From positions 2,272,001 through 2,336,000 of the forward strand of contig OZ252299.1 in the NCBI GenBank assembly GCA_965250285.1: a DNA stretch of 64,000 bases. The letters are read 5' to 3'. A program made the translations under genes and the position numbers. Position 1 is the stretch's first letter. Each line of letters begins with the position of its first letter. Source of the stretch: Myxococcota bacterium. GTDB taxonomy: Bacteria; Myxococcota_A; UBA9160; UBA4427. Shown here piece by piece: positions 1-9,587 of the stretch. The notes under the pieces were generated by a model. It did no database searches, was not told the DNA's origin, and was given only the letters and a program-made list of their open reading frames with translations.

Positions 1-1246
1 CGACGAAGCGCCCGGCCACGTGAAGAACTTCTTGTTCTATCTGTACGACGGCCGCCTGGTCGACTCGACCTTTCACCGCAGTGTGCCCGGCTTCATCGTG
101 CAGGGCGGGGAGAACCGCTTCGTCGGCGACGGATTCGAGCGGACGGAGACGTTCGAAGGCGTGGTTGTGCACAACGAACCGTGTACGCGCGACACGCCGA
201 TCCAGATCAGCGAGAGCCAGACCCTGTGGATCTGCTCCGAACGGGGCAACGAGCCCTACACGGTCGCGCTCGCCAAGATCGGCGGCCTGCCGGACAGCGG
301 CACCAACAGCTGGTTCTTCAATCTCGGCGACAATCGTCTGAACCTCGACAACCAGAACGGCGGCTTCACCGTCTTCGGCCGCGTCACCGACCCGGCGAGC
401 CGGGCCGTGGTCGACCACCTCGGCGCACCTCCGCAGCCCTACGCGACCTACGACGAGCTGTTCTGGGCCAGCGAAGGCACGCAGCCTCTGGCCGCCCTGA
501 TCTCGTCGCCCGACCCGGTCCCGCTGTTCGCGCCATTGCCGCCTCGCGTGGGCGACGGCAGCGACTGCTTCGACATGACCGAGCTGGCCACCCTGCTGCA
601 GCCCGACCTCACCACCCTGCGCCTCGAACCGCACGTGCCCGCCGATGAATCGCCCTACTACGTGACGCTCCCCGCCAGCTGCGGCACACCGCTCGCGGGG
701 CCGCTCGAGAGCTGGATCCCGCAGCCTGGACCGCCGGACTGCCCCGACCTCGATCGCGTCGCGATTCGCACGCTGGCCCCCACGGCGCAGACGGTGTCGG
801 TGCCGCGCGTCCGGGTGCCGTTCGAATACGTGACCTTCACTTGCGAGCAGCTCGAAGAAGCGATCGCGCTCCGCGACGCGTACCGAGCCGACGTGCAGGA
901 CGCGGTCTTCGACGGCCTCGTCTTCATCGACGACGCTCAGCTGCGATTTGCCCCCGAGCCTTCGAGCGGATCGGTCGCGGCGAGCGCGCTCGGCGCCTTC
1001 GCCTGGCTGCGCGGCCGAGCACGCCGGCGCGAAGCGCGCGCCTGTGGGCGCCTGGACCGAGCCCGGGGCTATGTCCGCGAGATCGGCAGACGCAGCACGA
1101 CCTGGGCGCCGCCCAGCGCGGAGTCCGCAATCTCGATGTGTCCATCGAGATCGCCCACCGCCTTCGAGGCCATCGCCAGGCCGAGGCCCGAGCCGGGCTC
1201 GTCGGTACGCGTCGTGAAGAAGGGGTCGAAGACTCGCTCGCGCTGA
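1..1246 (+). CDS. Cyclophilin-type peptidyl-prolyl isomerase with PEP-CTERM-like sorting signal (5' end outside window)
   Basis: NFLxY..FHRSVPGFIVQGG and ALAK..PDSGTNSWFFNLGDN..LDNQNGGFTVFGRV cyclophilin motifs. APEP + hydrophobic stretch + RGRARRR at 950-1030. The reading frame continues to 1246, overlapping the convergent kinase. Confidence 0.8.
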   Translation, partial: DEAPGHVKNFLFYLYDGRLVDSTFHRSVPGFIVQGGENRFVGDGFERTETFEGVVVHNEPCTRDTPIQISESQTLWICSERGNEPYTVALAKIGGLPDSGTNSWFFNLGDNRLNLDNQNGGFTVFGRVTDPASRAVVDHLGAPPQPYATYDELFWASEGTQPLAALISSPDPVPLFAPLPPRVGDGSDCFDMTELATLLQPDLTTLRLEPHVPADESPYYVTLPASCGTPLAGPLESWIPQPGPPDCPDLDRVAIRTLAPTAQTVSVPRVRVPFEYVTFTCEQLEEAIALRDAYRADVQDAVFDGLVFIDDAQLRFAPEPSSGSVAASALGAFAWLRGRARRREARACGRLDRARGYVREIGRRSTTWAPPSAESAISMCPSRSPTAFEAIARPRPEPGSSVRVVKKGSKTRSR

Positions 1247-2841
1247 TCGCGCGGTACGCCGGGGCCATCGTCCCCAATCACCAGGAGGACCGTCTCGTCG
1301 TCGATCGAAGAGCGCACTTCGATGTGGCCTCCTGCCTCGCCGACGGCCCGCTCGGCGTTGTCGAGCACCTCGACGAGGGCCTGCAGCAGCGCGTCCCGGT
1401 CGCCGTAGACCGGGCACGGCGCGTCGCAAAGGCCGACCGACAGCACGATGTGGTCCGACCCCTCGAGTGAACGCATGCCGATCGCGTCGGCCATGGCGCG
1501 GTTCGCATCGAAGGCGCGGGCTGCCGTGTTCTCGGGGCTCGATAGCCGCTGCAAGCGGTCGACGATCGTGCTGATGCGATCGATGCCCTCGAGGCTCTCG
1601 AGCAGCACGTCGCGAATCTCCTCACCGACCTCGATCTCGGACGGCTCGTCGAGATCCTTCGGCAGCTGCCCGAGCAGATGCGTCACGTTCGCACGAACGT
1701 AGGCGAGCGGATTGTTCACCTCGTGGGCGATGCCCCCGGCGAGTCCCGTGACGGCCTCGCTTCGGCGGCTCTGGCGCAGGACCTTCTCGAACCGCGTCGC
1801 AGCGGTGCGATCACGCAGGATCAGGTAGATCGCAGCGACGTCGCCTTCGATATCGCTCACACTCGCGCCTCGAATCTCGAAGACGCGACCTTGATAGTTC
1901 TCGATCAGGGTCTCGAAGCCCGTCGACGAGGCGCACATGTCGCGCATCACGCGGGTGAAGGCCTCGCGGTCGTAGTCCATTCGGCCTTCGCTCTGCACCT
2001 CGACCACGCGAGCCAGCGGTTGACCTGCCACCTCGACGAGACGCACCTCGGTCATCTGCTCGGCCGCGCGATTCATGTGCACGATCATGCCGTCGGGATC
2101 GGCCAGGATCACACCGTCGTCGAGGTGATCGATCACGTCCCGACGCGCGACCGGCATCGTGTCGAGCAGCCGGAACCGCCAATCGACCCCATAGAGGATG
2201 ATCGTCGAGAGCCCCAGCAACAGGGGTGTGCGGTCGTAGGCTTGCGGAACGATGCCGAGGGTGTGGATCACGCTCGAAGCGAAGGGCAGCAGCGCGGCCG
2301 CGGCCATGACCATCGACCGAATCTGCATGTGCCCGCGCATCAGGCGCAGGGACGCCCGCACGTACAACGCCGAGCCCACCACGACGAGCAGGTACGCCCA
2401 GGCGATCCACGGCCAGAAGAACGGGCCCGCCCATCCCGCGGCCCCGTGGTCCATCAGACGATCGGGCCGAGCGACGATCAGATGGTGGAGCGGATTCGTC
2501 ACGAGGCCGACGACCATCAAGGCCGAGGGCGCGAAGATCCATGCAAGCCTTCGGCCCGCGCCGACGAGCCGGAGACGCTCGGTGAACGACAGCGCGAGCC
2601 AGGCCCAGGCCGGCGGCACCAGGAACGCTCCGATCATGGCCGTGCAGCTGAGTACGTACGACCGCGTGACCGAAGGCTCGACCCGGGCCAGCGCGACACT
2701 GCCCGTCCAGATCATCAACGCCGCCATCAGGCCGACCACCGCGCGCGTCGAGTGACTGCGGTCGGAGCGGGCCAGCGTGTGAGCCGCCATCATGGCTGCC
2801 ATCACAAAGGTGATGGAAGATTCGATGAACTGCGGATGCAT
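1069..2841 (-). CDS. Sensor histidine kinase: 7TM N-terminal region, PAS, HisKA, HATPase
   Basis: Several TM helices; PAS (DGVILADPDGMIVHMNRAAE); H-box AGGIAHEVNNPL; DDGPGV, FDPFFTT and GSGLGL boxes. Start placed at MHPQF (ATG 2841). Confidence 0.9.
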   Translation of the reverse strand: MHPQFIESSITFVMAAMMAAHTLARSDRSHSTRAVVGLMAALMIWTGSVALARVEPSVTRSYVLSCTAMIGAFLVPPAWAWLALSFTERLRLVGAGRRLAWIFAPSALMVVGLVTNPLHHLIVARPDRLMDHGAAGWAGPFFWPWIAWAYLLVVVGSALYVRASLRLMRGHMQIRSMVMAAAALLPFASSVIHTLGIVPQAYDRTPLLLGLSTIILYGVDWRFRLLDTMPVARRDVIDHLDDGVILADPDGMIVHMNRAAEQMTEVRLVEVAGQPLARVVEVQSEGRMDYDREAFTRVMRDMCASSTGFETLIENYQGRVFEIRGASVSDIEGDVAAIYLILRDRTAATRFEKVLRQSRRSEAVTGLAGGIAHEVNNPLAYVRANVTHLLGQLPKDLDEPSEIEVGEEIRDVLLESLEGIDRISTIVDRLQRLSSPENTAARAFDANRAMADAIGMRSLEGSDHIVLSVGLCDAPCPVYGDRDALLQALVEVLDNAERAVGEAGGHIEVRSSIDDETVLLVIGDDGPGVPRDQRERVFDPFFTTRTDEPGSGLGLAMASKAVGDLDGHIEIADSALGGAQVVLRLPISRT

Positions 2842-3039
2842 GAGACGAGGCCAGGCCTTCCGTATACCGACCCTCTTCTGATCGACGAACACGCGTCCGA
2901 GGTTGACCCTGCTGACACACGTTCCGGTCACATGCCGCCCGACTGCCGTTCGCCTGCCCACCGGCCGCCCGCTGGGAACCTGCAGCGAGAGCGCCTAGAA
3001 TCGCAGCGAGCGCCCCGCGCCCTGGAACGGACGACCTCC

Positions 3040-3660
3040 ATGTTCACCGGCATCACTCGCGGCACCTTCGAAGTGGCTTCGCTCGAACGCCGCCCCGGCC
3101 TGCTCGTCTACGCCGTCGCCCTGCCCGGCACCATGCGGGAGGGGCTGCAGATCGGCGCGAGCGTCTCGATCGACGGGGTCTGCCAGACCGTCGTCGAGCT
3201 CGCCGACCACGGCGTCGTGTTCGAGGCGATCGAGGAGACGCTCGACCTGACCACGCTCGACCGCCTCGAGAAGGGCCAGTCGGTCTCGGTCGAACGCAGC
3301 GCTCGGGTCGGAGACGAGATCGGTGGCCACGACGTATCGGGACACGTCGTCGGCACCGGCACGATCGTCGCGCGCAGCGAGGCGGGCGAAGGGCTCGATC
3401 TGACGATCGAGGTCCCCCCCGCGTGGATGAAGTACATCCTCCACAAGGGCTTCATCGCGGTCGACGGCTCGAGCCTCACGGTCGGCGAGCGCGCCGCCTC
3501 GCAGGGTCGCTTCGAGCTGCACCTGATCCCCGAAACCCTGAGACTGACCAACTTCGAGCGGCGGGCCGTCGGCGACCCGGTGAACATCGAGCTCGACCCG
3601 CGCACCGTCGCGATCGTCGACACCGTCGAGCGTGTCCTCGCCGAGCGCGACGCGTCCTGA
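3040..3660 (+). CDS. ribE: Riboflavin synthase (alpha subunit)
   Basis: N-terminal MFTGI; GASVSIDGVCQTV, GGHDVSGHV, KGFIAVDGSSLTV, LIPETL, VNIELD. Confidence 0.95.
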   Translation: MFTGITRGTFEVASLERRPGLLVYAVALPGTMREGLQIGASVSIDGVCQTVVELADHGVVFEAIEETLDLTTLDRLEKGQSVSVERSARVGDEIGGHDVSGHVVGTGTIVARSEAGEGLDLTIEVPPAWMKYILHKGFIAVDGSSLTVGERAASQGRFELHLIPETLRLTNFERRAVGDPVNIELDPRTVAIVDTVERVLAERDAS

Positions 3661-3808
3661 CGCGGCTGCGCGCCAGCAAGCGCCCTGTTCGCGAACGCCC
3701 AGGCCTTCGGCTGACCGCGTCAGTGATCGGTTCCGCGACCGCGGTGCTATCGTGCGTGGGAGCGAGCCCGAAGCCGCGTTCGCTCGACAAGCCAGAGGAG
3801 CCCAGCCC

Positions 3809-5554
3809 ATGTCCGACTACGACCTCATCATTCGCGGCGGCCAGATCGTCGACGGCACCGGCACTGCCCCCTTCACCGGCGACGTCGCCATCAAGGACGG
3901 CCTGATCGCCGCCATTGGCGAGGTCGAGGGCAGCGCTGAGCGCGAGATCGACGCCAGCGGCCTCGCCGTGACGCCCGGCTTCGTCGACATGCACACGCAC
4001 TACGACGGCCAGGTCACATGGGACGAGATGCTCACGCCAACGTGCTGGCACGGCGTCACAACCGCCGTCTTCGGCAACTGCGGCGTCGGCTTCGCGCCCG
4101 TCCGGCCCGATCACCACGACTACCTGATCTCGCTGATGGAGTCGGTCGAGGACATTCCCGGCACGGCCCTCGCCGAGGGCATCCACTGGGATTGGGAGAC
4201 GTTCCCCGAGTTCATGGATGCCGTCGGCAAGCGCGCGCTCGCGATGGACGTCGGGGCCCAGGTGCCCCACGGCGCGGTGCGGACCTATGTGATGGGCGAG
4301 CGCGGCGCGAACAACGAGCCGGCCACGCCCGAGGACATCGAGCAGATGGCCGACATCGTGCGCGGGGGCATGCAGGCCGGCGCGCTCGGCTTCTCGACAT
4401 CGCGCACGATCGTGCACAAGGCTGCGAGCGGCGATCCGATGCCCGGCACCTTTGCGGCCGAGGACGAGCTCTTCGGCCTGGGGCGCGTGCTCGGCGATCT
4501 CGGCGAGGGCATCTTCGAGCTCGCCCCGGTTGGCGCCGCAGGCGAGGACGTGATCGGCGCGCGCGAGGAGCTCGACTGGATGCGCCGCCTCTCGGCCGAG
4601 ATCCGCCGTCCCGTGTCGTTCGCGATGCTGCAGGTCGATGCCGAGCCGACGCTGTACAAGGACATGCTCGACGAGTCGATGAAGGCGGCCGACGAAGGCG
4701 CCGACCTCTGGCCGCAGGTGGCGGGCCGGCCCTTCGGCATGCTCGTCGGCCATCAGACCGAGTACCACCCCTTCGCCGATCGACCGACGTACCAGAAGCT
4801 CAAGGCGCTGCCGTTCGACGAGATGATCGCCGAGCTTCGCAAGCCCGAGACGAAGGCCCAGATCTTGTCGGAGACCGTCGAGTACGACGACCCGATGGCC
4901 GCCTTCGTGAACTCGAGCATCCACAAGCTCTTCCCGCTCGGCCCCGAGTGCAACTACGAGCCCGCGCCCGACGAGAGCGTCACGGCCCTCGCCGAGAAGG
5001 AGGGCGTATCGCCCGAGGAGATGCTCTACGAGCTGATGCTGCGCCACGACGGACGTGAGCTGCTGCTCTTCCCACTGCTGAACTACAGCGATGGCAACTG
5101 CGACCCCATCTACGAGATGATCCACCATCCGCGCGCGGCGCTGGGTCTCGGAGATGGCGGCGCGCACTGCGGGATCATCTGCGATGCATCGATCCCGACG
5201 TTCATGCTCTCGCACTGGGTACGCGACCGGAAGCGCGGGCCGAAGATCCCCGTCGAGCTCGCCGTCAAGCGGATGACCGCCGACCCGGCCGACCTCTACG
5301 GCCTCGAAGATCGCGGCCGACTCCGCCCGGGCTACAAGGCCGACGTCAACCTGATCGATCTCGACGAGGTCGCGCTCGAGCTGCCCGAGATGGTCTTCGA
5401 CCTCCCGGCCGGCGGACGGCGACTGATCCAAAAGGCCCGCGGCTACCGCGCGACGATCGTGAGTGGCGAGGTGACGATGCAGGACGGGGAGCCGACCGGC
5501 GCGCTGCCCGGCCGCCTGATCCGCGGTGCCCAGTCGGCACCGACCGACGCCTGA
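3809..5554 (+). CDS. N-acyl-D-amino-acid deacylase family amidohydrolase
   Basis: YDLIIRGGQIVDGTG, PGFVDMHTHYD, GNCGVGFAP, GDGGAH, RGRLRPGYKADVN. GAGGAG RBS upstream. Confidence 0.9.
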   Translation: MSDYDLIIRGGQIVDGTGTAPFTGDVAIKDGLIAAIGEVEGSAEREIDASGLAVTPGFVDMHTHYDGQVTWDEMLTPTCWHGVTTAVFGNCGVGFAPVRPDHHDYLISLMESVEDIPGTALAEGIHWDWETFPEFMDAVGKRALAMDVGAQVPHGAVRTYVMGERGANNEPATPEDIEQMADIVRGGMQAGALGFSTSRTIVHKAASGDPMPGTFAAEDELFGLGRVLGDLGEGIFELAPVGAAGEDVIGAREELDWMRRLSAEIRRPVSFAMLQVDAEPTLYKDMLDESMKAADEGADLWPQVAGRPFGMLVGHQTEYHPFADRPTYQKLKALPFDEMIAELRKPETKAQILSETVEYDDPMAAFVNSSIHKLFPLGPECNYEPAPDESVTALAEKEGVSPEEMLYELMLRHDGRELLLFPLLNYSDGNCDPIYEMIHHPRAALGLGDGGAHCGIICDASIPTFMLSHWVRDRKRGPKIPVELAVKRMTADPADLYGLEDRGRLRPGYKADVNLIDLDEVALELPEMVFDLPAGGRRLIQKARGYRATIVSGEVTMQDGEPTGALPGRLIRGAQSAPTDA

Positions 5555-5583
5555 CGCGAGGCCAACCTCTGGTCGATTCTCGG

Positions 5584-5618
5584 GAGCCCCGGCAAGCCGT
5601 TGCCGGGGCTCTCTTTTT
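5584..5618 (+). terminator. Rho-independent terminator
   Basis: 12-bp stem GAGCCCCGGCAA / TTGCCGGGGCTC, GCCG loop, then TCTTTTT, between convergent genes. Confidence 0.85.
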
Positions 5619-5624
5619 CGAGAT

Positions 5625-7121
5625 CTAGCCCAGGCCCGAGATCGAGGCGATCCGGCCCGCCGGCTCGAGCTGCACGTCGCGCCCGCACACCTCGACCTCG
5701 GCCATCGCACGGCAGAGATCGACCCCCTCGGTCGACGCGACGGTGCGCCGCCCATCCGGCAGATCGCAGACGACGAGCCCCTTGAAGGGCGCGTCGCCGA
5801 GGTAGAGGACCGTATAGCCGGCGACGACCGCCGGGCCCGTGTAGTCGCCGACGATCTCGCGCGGGACGGTCTGCCCCGCGACGGCGTCGGTGACGTCTTC
5901 GAAGGCGAAGGCGCCCTTCGGCGGTGCCGTGCCGTAGAGCCCGAAGCCCGCCTTCGTGATCATGCCCGAGATGCTCGTCACCAGACCGATGCCCTCCCCT
6001 GCCTCGCGCAGCCGCTCGACCATGCGCGCGGTGCTCTGCACGACGTAGTTGTTGAGCGGGCCTCCGGCGAAGGGCATGCCGCCCGTGACGGTGAGCGGGC
6101 GATCGTCGAATCCGTCTTCGTCGAGCCCGAGGCCCCGCGCGAAGATGCGTACCGCCGCCGGGAAGCAGCTGTAGAGCTCGACGTCGGTGATGTCGCGGGC
6201 TTCGATCCCGGCGATCGCGAGCGCCCGCTCGCCGGCCACGCGGGCGCCGATGTTCTCGTGCAGCACCGGCCGGGCCGAGAGGTCGACCATGTGGTTGCTC
6301 TCCGTGCCCGCAAGTGGATACACGAAGCGCGCCGGATCGAGCCCGAGCTCACGCGCGAGGCCGAGCGAGCAGAACACGAGGGCGCCCGCCTGATCGACGT
6401 TCCAGCTCGAGTTGTGCAGCTTGCCGTAGGGGAACGCGATCATCGGGTTGCGCGGCCCGGTCGTCGCCACTGTCGACGCCTCGACCGGAGCGGGGCCCCA
6501 CGCGTGCGGATTGTCGGCGGCGACGCGGCTGAAGCTGGCGTAGAGATCGCCGAGGAAGGCGCGGTGATCCTCGATCGATTGACCGTCGGCATACCGCAGC
6601 GCGTTCTCCATGATTGCGTAGTACTGAACGGGCATCAGCATGCCCTGGGCCGCTTCATGCTCCGACCACAGCGAGTCGGCCGGTTCGAGGCGGATGTCAG
6701 GGGCTTCGCCTTCCTGTACGGTGCGGGTGTCTTCGACGCCGGCGCGCTCGGCACAGCGCGCGCGGTACTTCGCCTCGGCGCCGACGACGATCGAGAGCTG
6801 CTCGCGGCCGGCTGCGATGTCACTGCATGCGGCGCTCATGATCGTCTGCTGCAGCACGCCGATCTCGGCCAGCGTGGTGCGCACCTTCTCGGCCCCGATC
6901 GCGCGAGCGACGAGGCGGCCCGGATCGCTGTAGTCCCAGAAGCCACGGGGCACCCGAATCGAGTCGACGCGCTCGAGCAGCTGCGGTGCGCCCGCGTCTT
7001 CGGCGGCCGCGCGCACCGCCTCGATCATGAGCGCGATCGGCTCCTTCGCCACGGTCGGATCGTCGATGCGCTGCTCGATCGAAGCGACGCCGACCAGCAC
7101 CGGCGTCTGTTCGCTTGACAT
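5625..7121 (-). CDS. Thiolase-like protein (acetyl-CoA acetyltransferase, TLP1-like with C-terminal extra domain)
   Basis: TPVLVGV, NPMIAFPY, NVDQAGAL, ELYSCFP, LTVTGGMPFAGGPLNNY. Confidence 0.85.
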   Translation of the reverse strand: MSSEQTPVLVGVASIEQRIDDPTVAKEPIALMIEAVRAAAEDAGAPQLLERVDSIRVPRGFWDYSDPGRLVARAIGAEKVRTTLAEIGVLQQTIMSAACSDIAAGREQLSIVVGAEAKYRARCAERAGVEDTRTVQEGEAPDIRLEPADSLWSEHEAAQGMLMPVQYYAIMENALRYADGQSIEDHRAFLGDLYASFSRVAADNPHAWGPAPVEASTVATTGPRNPMIAFPYGKLHNSSWNVDQAGALVFCSLGLARELGLDPARFVYPLAGTESNHMVDLSARPVLHENIGARVAGERALAIAGIEARDITDVELYSCFPAAVRIFARGLGLDEDGFDDRPLTVTGGMPFAGGPLNNYVVQSTARMVERLREAGEGIGLVTSISGMITKAGFGLYGTAPPKGAFAFEDVTDAVAGQTVPREIVGDYTGPAVVAGYTVLYLGDAPFKGLVVCDLPDGRRTVASTEGVDLCRAMAEVEVCGRDVQLEPAGRIASISGLG

Positions 7122-7176
7122 GACTGTGCTCTCCTGCGACGGCCACTCGAGCGGCCGTCGATCTTCGGTTCACCCG

Positions 7177-8862
7177 TCAGGCGGGATTCGAACGCTGGCG
7201 ATGCCAGAGGTACGCCGCGACGGCGGCAACGACGATCGACACGACGACGACGAGCCGACCGGTCGGGTTCGCCTTCGGCTCGAGCTCGACCGGGTCCATG
7301 GGCGCCAGGCCCCAGGGCCTGCGCTGCGACGCGGTCACGCCATCGCCTTCGTCGACGTAGCCGAGCGCCTTCAGCTCGAGCACCGACTCGGCCGACAGAT
7401 CGGTCGAGCGCGCCTCGCGCGGCGTCCGAGGCTGCTCCGCGAAAGCTGCGCGCGCGCGGTCGAGCTCGGCTTCGAGCGCCTCCCAGGCGGCTCGCAGCGC
7501 CGGGTGCTGTTGGTCGGTGAGCGCCACCTTCTCTTCGGGATCGAGCGTGAGGTCATAGAGCTCACCCTGCACGGCCATGGGCTCTCCCTCGCGCAAGATG
7601 ACCGAGCGCGTGAACTTCCACTCGGGCGTGCGCAACCCATAGGTCTGCATGTGCTCACGACGCCGATCGGGCCTCGCCTTGGTGACGTAGAGCGAGATCA
7701 GCTCGGGCCGCGACTCGAAGGGCTGCCCCTCGATGGCCGGCACCAGCGAGCGGCCGGTGACACCGGGGGGAAGCTCGAGCCCGAGCAGGTCGACGACCGT
7801 CGGCAGGATATCCGAGAGCGTGACCTGCGCTTCGACTTCGGAGACGACGCCGTCCCCCCAGCTCTTCGGCAGCACGACCAGCAGCGGCACACGGATCGTT
7901 TCGTCGAAGAGATGATGCCGATGCGTCAGCAGGTCGTGCTCGAAGAACTCTTCGCCATGATCCGACGTGATGATGATCAGCGTGTCGTCGAGGCGTCGAT
8001 GCTGCTCGAGCGCCGTGAGGATCTCGCCGACCGCCTGATCCGTCCACCCGATCTCACCGCGGTAGAGCGCGCGCAGCTGCGCGAGCCCCGCGTCGTCGAC
8101 GCGCCGATGCGGTCGGGCCTGGGTCTCGAAGATGCGCGGATCGGAGAGGACGTTGCGACCGTCGACGAAGCCGTCGTACTCGGGATCGGTGAAACGCGTG
8201 TCCCACGGCGCCGGGGGCACCCAGTCGTTGTGCGGATCGAAGAAGTGCGCGAACAAGAAGACCGGCTGGTCGGGACGAGCGCGCTCGAGGGCCATGCGCG
8301 TCAGCGCGACGACGTTCTCCGAAGACACGTAGTCGCGACTCTCGATCAGCCACGAGCGGGCGTCGCGCTCTCCCCCACGCGGCGCGACCGCGCCTGGCCC
8401 ACCTCCCGTCAGATCTTCTCGCATCATCCCGCTGCGATACACGTCGAAGCCCTCGGCGAAGCCGTAGTCGCCCCACAGATATCGAACGGTGAACGTGCCG
8501 GCGGTGAAGTAGCCCGCGTCCCGGAGCAGCTCGGGCAGCGTGGTCATCAGCGGATCGAGCGCCGTGTCGCTCGACTCGGTGCCGTGATAGGGCGGCGCCA
8601 TGCCGGTGAACATCTGGGCATGAGACGGCAGCGTCCAGCTGGTCCCCGAGATCGCCTCGGTGAAGATCGTGCCCCGCTCGGCCAGCCGCGTCATGTGCTC
8701 GGCGGTCTCGGGATCACGAAACGTCAGGAAGTCGGCGCGGGTCGTGTCGAGCGAGATCAGGAGGACGTTGGGCCTTCGGGGCTCGGCCGCGGCCGGGCTC
8801 GGCCCCATCCATGCGGCGCACGCACACGCGAAGATGAGGCCCCACTCCACGGCGGATCTCAC
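7177..8862 (-). CDS. Exported sulfatase-like hydrolase with C-terminal membrane anchor
   Basis: Signal peptide; PNVLLISLDTTRAD, WTLPSHAQMFTG, FDPH, TSDHGEEF, DPEEK, LKALGYV; C-terminal TM + HRQR. Start uncertain (GTG 8862). Confidence 0.85.
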   Translation of the reverse strand: MRSAVEWGLIFACACAAWMGPSPAAAEPRRPNVLLISLDTTRADFLTFRDPETAEHMTRLAERGTIFTEAISGTSWTLPSHAQMFTGMAPPYHGTESSDTALDPLMTTLPELLRDAGYFTAGTFTVRYLWGDYGFAEGFDVYRSGMMREDLTGGGPGAVAPRGGERDARSWLIESRDYVSSENVVALTRMALERARPDQPVFLFAHFFDPHNDWVPPAPWDTRFTDPEYDGFVDGRNVLSDPRIFETQARPHRRVDDAGLAQLRALYRGEIGWTDQAVGEILTALEQHRRLDDTLIIITSDHGEEFFEHDLLTHRHHLFDETIRVPLLVVLPKSWGDGVVSEVEAQVTLSDILPTVVDLLGLELPPGVTGRSLVPAIEGQPFESRPELISLYVTKARPDRRREHMQTYGLRTPEWKFTRSVILREGEPMAVQGELYDLTLDPEEKVALTDQQHPALRAAWEALEAELDRARAAFAEQPRTPREARSTDLSAESVLELKALGYVDEGDGVTASQRRPWGLAPMDPVELEPKANPTGRLVVVVSIVVAAVAAYLWHRQRSNPA

Positions 8863-9121
8863 CGCGCGTCCCCTGCCCTCGCACCCGTCCCGCATCGCGC
8901 GCAGTGTAACACGCACCCCCCGACGCAACTCCGCGGCAACCCGCCAGGACGCGACGCCGACGCGACGCCGACGCGTCGGCGTCGCTTCGCCGGTGAGTCA
9001 TGCGGCGGTCGGCGGCATTCGACTCGGGGCGTCGGGTGGGCGACCGTATGGCCTCCCATCGAACCGGTCGCCCGCGCGGCGCCCGGCCGTTGCGCTCACC
9101 CGCCCTTCGGAGGACCGAGAG

Positions 9122-9529
9122 ATGTTGAGTGAAGACGCGGCGCTCGTCGCTGCCCAGAATTCGTGGAAGGCCGTCATGAGCCATGACAAGGAAGGCTGGC
9201 TCGGCCTGATGTCGGATGACGTCTGCATCGAGGACCCGATCGGCACGGGCCCGACCAACCCGACCGGTCTCGGCGTGCAGGGCAAGGCCGCCGTCGCGGA
9301 GTTCTACGACAAGAACATTGCCGAGGCGAACATCGAGGTCACGACCCACGAGTCGTACTACGCCGAGCGCGAGTCGGCGCACAAGCTCACGCTCACGACG
9401 ACACTCTCGAACGGTGTGGTCTCGAAGGTGACCAGCATCTTCACGTACCGGCTGAACGAAGAAGGACTGATCACGAACCTGCGCGGCTACTGGAAGCTCT
9501 CGGACATGAGCTTCACGCAGCCCGACTGA
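9122..9529 (+). CDS. NTF2/SnoaL-like (ketosteroid isomerase-like) protein
   Basis: DKEGWLGLMSDDVCIEDPIG..GKAAVAEFYD..YRLNEEGLITNLRGYW. GGAGG RBS. Confidence 0.85.
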   Translation: MLSEDAALVAAQNSWKAVMSHDKEGWLGLMSDDVCIEDPIGTGPTNPTGLGVQGKAAVAEFYDKNIAEANIEVTTHESYYAERESAHKLTLTTTLSNGVVSKVTSIFTYRLNEEGLITNLRGYWKLSDMSFTQPD

Positions 9530-9587
9530 TCGGCGAACGCGAGACCTCGACCATGGCCCGACCCGGCTCGAACACGAGCGCGCGACC

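Noticed and set aside
1678..3039. N-terminal 454 aa of the 660-aa riboflavin synthase ORF, and similar upstream extensions of tesB, chsH2, yeeE and the 43715 gene
   Set aside because: These are open-frame run-ons through neighbouring genes. True starts are marked by family N-termini and RBS, so they are not fusions.
5563..5575. AACCTCTGGTC resembling the CTAGGGAACCTCTGG element end
   Set aside because: The match is only about 9 nt, with no CTAGGG terminus or partner end. It could be a decayed copy but I cannot support that.
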